64,000 bases of DNA, from NCBI RefSeq assembly GCF_009834535.1, contig NC_045697.1, positions 78,184,001-78,248,000 of the forward strand, given 5' to 3'. The translations under genes and the position numbers were made by a program. The stretch comes from Camelus ferus (Eukaryota). Under the pieces are notes generated by a model. It saw only the letters and a program-made list of their open reading frames with translations, was not told where the DNA came from and made no database searches. Shown piece after piece: positions 1 to 10,515 of this stretch; the first letter of the stretch is position 1, and every line of letters begins with the position of its first letter.

Positions 1-89
1 AAATGCTGTGCTTTAAGGATCAAAAAATCTAATGCAAGGCTGACAAGCAAACAAAGATGTAATAATACACGTGACAAGTAAAAGGAGAC

Positions 90-514
90 TTGTGCCTTCT
101 GGTAACCCAGAGAAAGGAGTCTGTGAAATTTGTAAAAGGGGTTAATAATACTGGAATTGAGTCCTAAAGTATGACTAGGAATTTTCAGGAGGATAAGGGA
201 GTGAGACTATTATAAACAGATACTCCAATATTGCAAATATACATATGTGGAAAAAAAGGATCAAATAGAATAAACACTGAAGAGTGTTCACTAGAGTTAG
301 CAAGTTCATTGGCATGGTGGCTGCAAAAGTCAGATTTCAATGTTAAGGTTTGAGTAGCAAGTAATGAAAACAAACTCTTTGGAAAAGTTTGGTGTTGAAG
401 CAGCTTGCACATGGGAGCAAAAGTGGTTGTTAAAGTTGGGAGAAACCTCAGGGTGTTTGTACAATGAGGAAAGAAGCCAGTGGAAAGGTGGACCACACAG
501 GAATCAGAGGAGCA
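90..514 (-). mobile_element. L2 fragment
   Basis: Purine-rich, GAGTCCTAAAGTATGACTAGGAATTT; degenerate. Confidence 0.45.
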
Positions 515-1003
515 AGGGTCAGTTAGCATTTGCTGCATAACAAATCACCCCCAAACTCTGTGGCTAACATCAATATGTGTTTATTATTTCTCAAAAAATG
601 TATGGTTTGGCTGGGCAGTTCTTTTGGTTTGAGCTGGCTGAGATGATCTCTGAGGTCAGGTGGTAGCTTGCCTGAGTGGAGAATGGCCTCTTAGATCAGG
701 CAGTTGGCTCAGTCTCAGTGGGGGCAATGGCCAAGCCATATGTCTTTCATCATCCTAAGGATAGCCTAAGGTTTGACTACTTTTAAGGAAGCTAGACAGA
801 GATTACTCACGTAGTCATGGTCTTAGGTTTCCCAGGAGCAGCAAGAAAAGGCAGACTTCAATGCACCAGCTCTTTCTGAAAGCTCAGTTTATATCCGTTT
901 GCTGTTGTCCCATTGGCTACTGTGTGTCCCATGATCAAGCCCAGCATCACCGTGAAAAGCTGTGAGAGCTGGGAAACAGAAACCATGGCAGCTCTTCACC
1001 ACA
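515..1003 (-). mobile_element. MLT1 (ERVL-MaLR) solo LTR, MLT1G/H-like
   Basis: Begins GTCAGTTAGCATTTGCTGCATAACAAATCACCCCCAAACT (reverse complement of MLT1 3' end), contains GGCTGGGCAGTTCT and CCCATTGGC, ends ACCACA. Confidence 0.85.
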
Positions 1004-1770
1004 GCAGGGAGGAAGTGGAGGTCTCCTGAAAAGGTAGGCTTGGACAAAAGGAAGAGTGTAATGGAAAGCTGGTTCTTGAGGCAGTTAACTGTAGGTTGGA
1101 GGGAGGGCATCCATTTGAGGGAGTTTATTGCTCATGGCTTCTTTTTCCTCTCTGAAGTGAGGGGCTATTTCATCTCCTGGATACAACAGGAGGAAAGATA
1201 TGAAAGAGGATTTGAGGAGAGTCAAGAAATTCTAGAATCCTAGGAAAAGGAGAGAGAACTTACCAGAGACGTGTAAACAGTGATTGCCATTAACTACTGA
1301 AAGTTTCTTTTTTAAGATTTAATACCTCAAAGTAGTGGTGTTCACCCAAAGGTTGTTTTGATTTTTTTCCCAACTAATTATACAATGGAGAAGGTAGATG
1401 ATTGAGTGGATCCAAGGTCAGAATATCCATGAGCCGGGTGAGAGTCACTGAGGTGAGGAATGGGGAAGTCTTGGTACGGTAGGGAATAAAACCAGGAGGC
1501 AAAGGCTATGAATCAAATAGAAAGTTAGGAGATTTGGGGGTTTGATAAGTTCAAAGTGCAAGTGTTGCAGGAACTGGAAAAGAGAAGCCTATGATCCGAG
1601 CAGGCTACTGGAATTCATGCTTTCAGAATGAAGCCATTCTGGATTGGCCACAGAGTGAGTTTTACTGCAGGGAGGTACAGGAGGAAGATCAAGGAACAGG
1701 GAGAGTTACAGTGTAAATAACATCCGTGTGGGTGTTGGGATTTCTCAGGAGTCAGAGGAAGACTGAGAAC
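1004..1770 (-). mobile_element. L2 internal fragment
   Basis: ATGGCTTCTTTTTCCTCTCTGAAGTGAGGGGCTATTTCATCT resembles reverse-complement L2 internal sequence; resumes after the MLT1. Confidence 0.55.
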
Positions 1771-2395
1771 CATTGGTTATAAAACATACCTCCCTTTTCT
1801 GGGGAATGTGTTTCAGACTATCCTCCCCTTGGTGGAGAAGACAGAGGCAAAACAGGGATTGGGTAAGACTTCTGTAAATATTAAACACCTTTCATAAACA
1901 GTTGGCATTTTGCTTCCTCTTGGGGCGTTTCCTTTTAATAGTTTAAAAAACCCTAATGATGACTGGAATTCCTTTAAGCCTCTGTGTATTCAGGTTTGAG
2001 ACCTTGTTACACTCTTCCAACAGATGTAAGCTCCTCCTCTTCCCCCATTTATCTCCACTTTAGTGCTTTTCCTTTCAGCTTTTACATATGTCCTTTTGAA
2101 ATCTGAGCTCGTCTGAGAACTCTCTTGAAACTTGATTGATTTCTCTAAATGTCTTTTCATTTTCTTTCATACTTGAGCCATTCTTGGGGCCACATAACCT
2201 TCTGAGATGTTTATATCTATCTACTTTTTATCTGAACTGGAAAAAAAAGCTAGCAGGGGGAAGAAAAGAAAAGAACAAAGCCTGCTTAGAAATTATAGGA
2301 TAGATATGACTATATCAACAGTTAAAAAAACTTTTTATGAGTTTAAAAAAAAACCAACACAATCAGTTTTTCCTAAAGTCTTTTTTTTTCTTAAT

Positions 2396-2617
2396 CATGA
2401 ACTTTGGAATCAAATAGATCTAAATTTTAATCTTAGTTTTACCATTTGCTATCTGAGAATCCATGAGTAAGACATCTTTTGAATGTGAATTCTCGTTTAT
2501 CAAATGGATGGAGGGATAAAACTTACTTCTGTTCTTGCCGATAATCTCCTGAAATAATGCATGTCTTCTGTGCATAAAGCCTGGCACAGAATAGACTCTC
2601 AGTAAATGTTAATTCCT
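2396..2617 (+). mobile_element. MIR SINE
   Basis: ACTTTGGAATCAAATAGATCT...AAAGCCTGGCACAGAATAGACTCTCAGTAAATGTTA. Confidence 0.75.
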
Positions 2618-3767
2618 AGTCCTGTTTCTGGTCTGAATTGTTTATTTCTTATTAGTCAAATTTTAGTCTGGAGAGTCTGCTTTTCCTTTATTTACAACAA
2701 GTTCTGAGTTGAACTTGCCAACAAGACAAAAAGAAAAAAATGGAAATCTTTAAAGTGTCAATAAATATGGATATAAAAAAGAAACATGGCATTAGTAGTT
2801 TTATCTTTAAGTTGATATTTGGAAATATTATGATAAGGATTACTACTACATTTGAAAAATAAATATTGGCTATGTAAAAAATGATAGGAAATGCTTGGGA
2901 AGATCAATCAGCTAAAATATCTCCAAGAGATTACCACACCTTCTGAAATTTTTTGTACTTATTGAAGTTTAGACGATGTCTACCATGAAAGTCAAGTCTG
3001 TTATTAGCTGCAGCAATACCATGTATTATCAGAAATTAGATTATAATGCTTAACAATGGGCAAGGATCTAAGAGGAGGTGAGGTATCAGGTAGGTATTTT
3101 TGATGGAGAGAGAGGCAAAGGAAAAGCGGAAGTATTTGACTGTGTAAGTAGTAGGTAGGGTGTCTGAATAATATTGCTGTTATCTGTATTTCTTATCAAC
3201 ATTTTAGGAAGTCTTATAGTTTCTAACAACATGTGATTTTAAGGGAAAATAAATAGGATACACTTTGCCAAGTTATCCGTAGTCCCAACCTTGCTCCCGG
3301 GTGGACATGTAAGAGATGCCCTTCACTGGCCTGAGGTCTGTGGGATGTCCATTGCCAGCTCACGTGTCATCACTGTAGTCTCTTGTCGCACAGAGATGCA
3401 AAAGTCTTCCTTCTATACGTGTGTAAGCCTGACCCACCAAGGAGGACCTGTAAGTTTGAAGAAGGTGTTTCCTTCTTTTCATTCCTGTGGTAAATTTCCC
3501 TTATTAATGCCCGTAAGATTATTTCAGATAGCTGTCATTTTTATGCTATCCTTGACTTAAGATAATGGCTTGTGTTTTACATTAAGGATATTGCTAATCA
3601 TCAAAATATGGATCAGTTGTTTATTCTAAGATGGACTAAGTTTTCTATTTATTAAGAAGTGTTGGCCTCTCTTTTTCCTCTCCATGTCTAAATGTCTAAA
3701 CTATTATTTATCCAGTAAATGGAAGGTAGATGAAAACACACTTTGATAGTCAAACGTTTGCTTTTAC

Positions 3768-4004
3768 AGATATGTACTACTATATATAAAATAGATAACA
3801 AGGATCTACTGTAGAGCACAGGGAACTATATTCAATATCTTGTACTAACCTACATTAGAAAAGAATCTGAAAAAAGAATATGTATACATGTATATATGTA
3901 TATACACGTCCATATCTATACAATGTATCTATATACCTGAATCATTATGTTGTACAGCTGAAACTAACACAACATTGTAAATCATCTACACTTCAATTAA
4001 AAAA
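3768..4004 (+). mobile_element. Short LINE-1 3' UTR end (cetartiodactyl type)
   Basis: ATAAAATAGATAAC...AGCACAGGGAACTATATTCAATATCTTGTA...GAAACTAACACAACATTGTAAATCATCTACACTTCAATTAAAAAA. It is the reverse complement of the copies at 18.4, 46.4 and 47.5 kb. Confidence 0.92.
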
Positions 4005-4182
4005 TTGTATTTTTACACAGGGATGTCTAGACAATCTTGATTTTGGCAGAAACAAAGAGTAGAACTTTGATGTGAATTTGGAGCTACAGTACCCAAGTTG
4101 GAGACCTGGCTGGGTTACCTTAACTAAGTTACATCTTCACTTGTACCTTCCTCTTACGTGAAAGAAGACAAAAATAACTAGC

Positions 4183-4228
4183 TTTTGACATATGAGTTTT
4201 GGGAGGACACAAACATTCGGACCATAGC
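4183..4228 (-). mobile_element. Isolated terminal fragment of an MLT1A-like LTR
   Basis: TTTTGACATATGAGTTTTGGGAGGACACAAACATTCGGACCATAGC matches the terminus of the MLT1A copy at 50221-50267. Confidence 0.7.
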
Positions 4229-5082
4229 CAAAGCTTTGCAGCTAAAATTCCATCAGTTGTATGTATCAGGGAAGAACAGATTTTAGGGGACAGATGGCAC
4301 TCTCTATCACAGACTACATTATTGATCCTACAAGTTCAAACATGTGTCCCATTTCCAAACCGTACTATCAATAGCACTCTGTGAATATATTTTTTAAAAT
4401 TCATGAATTATTTTATAAGCAGCACAATTATATTTTAGCATTTTTTGTGTGGATATTAAAAGTGGAAATGTGTGCTATTGGATGTCTAGAATATACTTTT
4501 ATTTTTATAACCTTAGTTTGTGATTTATTTATTTAAATAATCTGGGGAATTTAAAAATGGACTCACATCTCTTTCAGATCAGATCTCTCTCAGATTTCTC
4601 TCAGCTTCTGAGAGACTTTCTTACTATGAAAATCAAAGCAGCGATGAAAAATGCTCTCTCATCAATGAAGCAAGCACCTCACAACTGCAGGGTCTTCTGA
4701 TTATTTATCATGTGTTTCTGGTGTGTGATAGGGTCAGATTTTACCCAAATAGCTCAAGCACTTTGCTCAGGGATATGCCAAGGCGGGTCTCTGGGTGATC
4801 AGGAGGATGCTGTGCGAGCTGACATGAGAGTGGGGATATTTCTACAAAAGAGCACTTAGCCTACTTCTTCTTTTTCCTCCAAATACCACTCCTTTTTGTC
4901 AGTCCCTGCTATTTCAAAATAAAATGACAGAAGACAATAATTTTGTTGAAAACTGTTTGATCCATTCTAGGACTTTTAAACCTGAATGTTTCATGAAATA
5001 AACTGTCAGTCTTGAAAGGATGAATCAAGGGCAAACAATTTTGGCAAAAGTATTAAGAATGAGGAGAAATAGGAGCCCTGAG

Positions 5083-5300
5083 CAGAGTACGGTGTTTAAG
5101 GGCTCAGGCAGAGAGTATGGCTCTAAATCTTGGCTCCACTCCTCTCTGAGTGGCTGCTATGGGTGAATCCACCTCTCATCTATAAGATGAAGGTGATAAC
5201 TATGTTTTGTTTATTGGCTAAAGATTAAAGGAACGCACGCATGCAAAATACCTCACAGTGCCTCACACATATTAAATATTCAGTAAATGTAAGCCACTGT
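5083..5300 (+). mobile_element. MIR SINE
   Basis: AAATCTTGGCTCCACT...CTCATCTATAAGATG...CACAGTGCCTCACACATA...TCAGTAAATGT. Confidence 0.72.
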
Positions 5301-7028
5301 TCAACTCACTGAAAAGAAGCACAATTGCTAGTCCAATGGCCACACCTCTGCTTGTACCATTACACAGTAGAGAAGCAGGAGCTGTGAGCACGTTCCTGTT
5401 TAGACCCGTCAGCATGTCCCTGCAGATATGCTGCTCAGCTGACTGTTGTTTGGGTGGTGATTATTTAAGTGACCCGTATTAACTCCAATATCGTAATGAT
5501 TTTGAACCTGATTGATGGAGTTTTCCATGTGTACCATGACTCTTCCCAATATTCCAAGATCTGATTTTGCTGACATCTTCTTATTCTAGGATCTAGATAC
5601 GGATCTTGGCTAAGGTGATATTGTAATGAAATATTAAAAACAATGAGAAGCAATAAAGATAACTTATTGTTATTCTGTAACAAATCTGTTATTAATTTAG
5701 AAGGATCTTGTGGACTAAGTAGGCTTTGAAATGAGCCCTGGGAAACTGCAAGAGTTTGGTGAGTCAACTATATGTCAATAATAAAAAAATCCTGCTTAAA
5801 AAACCCCAAAAAACGGACAGGGTTTGGATAGGTAGGTTCTAGAGACAGAAGAAGGCATAGCATGTAAATTTGATGACTGAGGATATAGAGATGGGAAGCA
5901 AGAGGACGGTGGGCCAGCATCAGGCTTATGTAAGAGAGGAGCAGGGAACATTGTTGGGTATTTGAAGTGGGGACAGGGGAGTAAGCGTACGAAAAGGACA
6001 GAGTGAATTCTCCTGGAGAGAGATGATGATGATAATGATATTTAGAAATTTAGACTGATGCATGAGAACAAAAAGAGAAATACATTTTGAGATTAGTTAG
6101 ACGAAGCAAATGTGAGATGTATGTGAAGGGGAGAAAGTAAGGAATTCATCTAAATTTGAAGAAAAAAATATGCCATATTTTTCCCGTAGTTATTGGTTTT
6201 CTTACTTGGAAATTGATTTGCTCTAAATGAAACACTTAAAAATATCTCAGGCAAGTAGAGTTTTCACGGACTCATATACATCCCTCACTATTGCAGGCTA
6301 GATGAAGATTTACACAGCCATGCATTCTTAAGATTTTTTTAATAGTACTTTTTTCAGTGTAAAGTTGAGGCATAGTTGTTTAAATAAATGAATGGCCCTA
6401 TTTACAATGACTCACTTGGTGGGAACGACAAATTCATTGTCAAGTCTGGGCTGACCTTCATAACTTTCCCACTAAAAGGTAGCTGGTGGTGCAGCATCGT
6501 GCTTTTTATGCTAACAAGTCCTGAGAAGCAGGGAAGGTTTCCTATTCTTGTTCTTCACGATGACACCCTCTGATCTACACCTGGCACTCTGCAATACGCA
6601 TGTGTTGTAGATTACAACCGATGAAAGGTCCTGTGCTGTGAGCCCAGCCCTTGCTTTGCTATGTCAACCTGCTGGCAAATTATAGCTGTTCCTCCTGCCA
6701 AATGAGTCAGTTGAGATGGAAACATCAATTTGAGATGATGTGTACTTTCTGTTGTAAGAATACAATTTAGGGAGGTGACATGATTGTCACACAAGTGCAT
6801 GTAAGTTTTAAATTTAATAGTCACTGTAATGGAGGTACAGGAAGAGAAGGACAGGAGAGACATTTTTAATCAAAATATAAGAAATGCTGCTTGGCTTAAA
6901 ACAAAAACAAACCAAAGCAAATAGTGAAATCAAATGAAATGACTTTAAAAAAAAAAGAGTCACTGCAAATATATCAGGAAAAAAAAACCAGAGAAAAGGT
7001 TAATAGAAAGATGATCTGAAAAAATATG

Positions 7029-7140
7029 CATTCACCTATTCTTTTATTCAATAATCATTTATAGAGTGAGCACTATGCTACATGCCTGTGATCAAAAATA
7101 AAAGATAAGCCTTGACCCTGAAAATTTCTTAGATTTGTAG
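7029..7140 (-). mobile_element. L2 3' end
   Basis: CATTCA...ATTCAATAATCATTTATAGAGTGAGCACTATG. Confidence 0.6.
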
Positions 7141-7535
7141 AGTTTAGCCTATAGAATAATAAAATATTATAAAACTATCTGGAATTTTCTTGTGAATAAA
7201 AAGGAAAGTAGTTCTCATTGTGTAGATTAGTATATTCAGTGTCACATAGGTTAGAATTTTGCTTTTTTACTGTTCGATCGTATATTGAAAGGTTTAGGAC
7301 AGCATCATAATTTTAATGAATAAGTTAATGATATCAAAGGTAAAAGAATTATGTGCATGGCACATGTCGTTTACAATTTTAAAATAATGTTTAATTAGTA
7401 AAAGATAAATTAACTTCTATGATTATTTGGTGTCACAGGTATCCCTATTCGAGTAGAAAATCTGAGATTATTCTGATCTCGGAAATTAAGGATGAGGATG
7501 GTGTTTTGTTTGTTGTTGAACCCTGGTGCTTACCC

Positions 7536-7794
7536 TAGAGTCTGCCAACAATTTTCACTCCATGGCACATGCAGAATATGAAAATATTTAAAAGTCATCT
7601 TGGGGTGAAAGAAAAGATTTGAAATGGTTGGAGGGGATGTTGGGTGTGAAAGAGGTGAGAGGTGGGGGTGACTGAGGCTCTGGCTGTTTGAGGTCCAGCT
7701 GCCCAGTCCAGGCCGGATGCTCTTGTGTCTCAGGAAATGGAAACACTAGCACATCTGTAATCCACTCATAGCCCACGGCAGTTGAAAAGCTCTC
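7536..7794 (-). mobile_element. Non-autonomous hAT-Charlie element (Charlie15a-like)
   Basis: Imperfect TIRs AGAGTCTGCCAAC / GTTGAAAAGCTCT; internal ATGGCACATGCAGAATATGAAAATATTT and GCACATCTGTAATCCACTC. Confidence 0.5.
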
Positions 7795-7799
7795 CCCCA

Positions 7800-8677
7800 A
7801 TGACAGTGGGAAACTATCAAGGTTTACAAAGTGGTATTTGAGGGAGATTAACGTGACACTAGTACGTACGTGGGGAGTACGTTTGGGGCAGGAAGATAAA
7901 ATAAGTGATCACAGAAGTCCAGGTGTGAAGTAATGCACACTTGCAATGACCTGGCATAGAAACAGTAAAAGGGGGTGTCAAGGGACACAAGACTTGTTGT
8001 GAGACAGAGGAAGAAAAATGATATCCTATTATAGAACCTGGATGACTGGGAAGATAATGGTTCCTACAGGGCAAGGAAGAGGGAATCCAGAGAAAGAGCT
8101 GGCTTCTGAAGAAACAGGATAAGCTGGGCAGTGCAAGTGAAGTTCAAGGTGGTGGAGGGGCAGCCAGGTGGAGACGAAGTTAAGAGATACGAGAATGAAG
8201 TTTGGGGGTAGTTAGGATTGGAGACAGCGGTTTAAGAGTTATCCACGAGAAGTGAGAGTTAAAAATCATCAGAGTAAGTGAGGTTTCTGAATAAGGGTAT
8301 GTAAGAGAGAAAATGTAGAACTAAGCCTGAGGACAGCGGTTTTCAAAGTACGGGCCCCTGACCAGTCTCAGCATCACCTGTGAGCTTGTGAGAAACCAGG
8401 TCCACCCCAGGTGGGCTGAATCGAAAACTTTGGGACTGGGGCTCAGCAGTCTGTGTTTTCCCAAGCCTTGCAAGGTATCCGGGTGCCCAGTGGTTGTCTC
8501 GGGGTTACGTCCATCTTCTGGAGGCATATCAAGGAATAGCATTGACAAAGGGGACCAGAGAAGAGGGCCAGAGGGTGGAAGGTAAATTCTAAGCAGGATA
8601 ATGAGAGCAAAGGCCAGTGAGTTTCAAGAGAATGGTGAAGAATGTACCCACTGACCAAAAGTCAAAAGGGAAGAAAC
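7800..8677 (-). mobile_element. L2 fragment (interrupted by MER5A)
   Basis: GTCCAGGTGTGAAG..., CAGCCAGGTGGAGA..., AGTTTCAAGAG; purine-rich L2 signature. Confidence 0.6.
8334..8495 (+). mobile_element. MER5A (hAT-Charlie MITE) inserted in L2
   Basis: CAGCGGTTTTCAAAGT...CAGCATCACCTGTGAGCTTGTGAGAAA...TGAATCGAAAACTTTGGGACTGGGGCTCAGCAGTCTGTGTTTT. Confidence 0.85.
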
Positions 8678-8687
8678 AGTCATTAGC

Positions 8688-9187
8688 GTTTTTGTTTTTT
8701 TTTTTTTTTTTTTATGATTTCTTGTGCTAGACAGTAGAAACTTGTTCTTTATCTATTTTATATATAGTAGTTAGTATCTGCAAATCCTGAACTCCCAATT
8801 TATCCCTTCCAACCTCTGCTTTCCCCCTGGTAACAATAAGTTTGTTTTCTGTGTCTGTGAATCTGTCTCTGTTTTATAGATAAGTTCATTTGTGTCCTTG
8901 TTTTTTTTTTTTTTTTTAGATTCCACATATGAATGATATCATGTGTTTTTTTTTTCTTTCTCTTTCTGGCTTGCTTTACTTACAATGACGAACTCCATGT
9001 CCATCCATGTTGCTGCAAGTGATATTATTTTATTCTTTTTTATGCCTGAGTGGTATTCCATTGTATAAATATACCACAAATTCTTTATCCAGTCATCTGT
9101 CGATGGACATTTAGGTTGCTTCCATATCTTGGCTATTGTAAACAAGGCTGCTATGAACCTTTGGGTGCATGTATCTTTTTGAATTAT
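8688..9187 (-). mobile_element. 5'-truncated LINE-1 (ORF2 end plus partial 3' UTR)
   Basis: ORF 8939-9193 reads [35 protein letters not shown] (L1 ORF2 C-terminus). Poly-T ~8689-8713. TSD AGTCATTAGC at 8678-8687 and 9188-9197. Confidence 0.95.
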
Positions 9188-10419
9188 AGTCATTAGCTTT
9201 TTATGTATTGGTACTTGATTTTATGGAGATTAAAGAGTGAGTGGTGAGTGAAAAACCAGCTGTATTGTTATAAAACATTGTATTAATAAGGATATTAAAT
9301 AGAATAACAGCACAAAGGGAAACCACGTTTAAAGAATGCTTTTCCACCTGGGATATAGGAGATATTTAAACACATGTGTTAGCAGAAGGGAAGAGACCAT
9401 AGGGAAGGTGTGGGGAAGGGACAGGGCATCAGTGTAAGCCTGTTCCTGCTCTATTCACTCTTTCTGTATTTACAAATATCTCTACATGTTCATATTGTAG
9501 CATATTTGTTACTTACTACCAACGCCCATATTCATGATGTTGACTGAGTACCATGCAGAGACTGAATTTTCCAGGACAAGAATCACAGAAGAGTCAGGAT
9601 AGCCAAAAGGAATATCTTACCATGGTTAGTTGAATTTAATGTTTGTAGTAACATTTTATGAGAAAGCTATTACCCTGGACACTCTCTGCCAAGAAAATAC
9701 AACAGTGCCCATCAGGATACTTACCTAACTGGGCTTACATGAACTCTAGAAAACGTTCTCAGTTTTATTTTTTCTTGAGGATAAGGTGGTTCAGGAGGGA
9801 TTTAAACAAACTCATTTCAACAACAGTCTGTTCTGGGAAACTTTTAATTACTCCATTCTTCTACATTTCCATAGAAGCATCCTAATCTATATTTTTATAC
9901 ATATATATAGTTTCTTCTTACTGTAAACCTTAGTATTATATTTCACTCAAAAGTTCTTTGAATTTTTTTTAAAATGAAACACTGAGGTAGAGAAGTTAGT
10001 GTTCTGTTCACACTCCCATCTTTTGTTCTTCATAATCTGTTAATGTTTACATAATCTTTTATTCTTTTAGTGTAATTTTCAGTAATTTAAATTTGTTCTC
10101 AGGTGTGTGATCTTGGTGACTTACTCAGCACCATTTTATGACAACTATCTCAGGAAAGTGGGTTTATGATATGAATCTACTTCAAAGCATTTCAGGGATA
10201 ACAGTAAAAAAATAAAATTTCAAAAAATATAATGACGATTATAATTCAACTGGGTAGATTCCTAAATAATCAGTACATAAAAACAATACCTTTCATCTGG
10301 ATTTATAATTGGAGATGTTGTGATTAAATGAAGCAACATGCCTTATTTAATTCTAATTGGAATTTAGCTCTAAGTAGAATTTAACATCAGCAGTTCTCTC
10401 CCTATTGTTCATAGCAATG

Positions 10420-10515
10420 CTTGTTTACAGAGCTACACTGTGACTCAAATCATTTTCCTCAAACTAACTAACTAACTAACTGACTAAAAGCATGTTTGGC
10501 AGAACATGCTTTTAT
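10420..10515. promoter_or_regulatory. Candidate enhancer motif cluster (FOX, AP-1, paired p53/p63 half-sites)
   Basis: TGTTTAC 10422-10428; TGACTCA 10441-10447; AAGCATGTTT 10488-10497 and GAACATGCTT 10502-10511. Confidence 0.3.
10462..10487. repeat. (ACTA)n tetranucleotide repeat
   Basis: AACTAACTAACTAACTAACTGACTAA. Confidence 0.9.

Noticed and set aside
4575..4800. Acceptor-like TTTCAG followed by two open frames
   Set aside because: No matching strong donor and no recognisable peptide.
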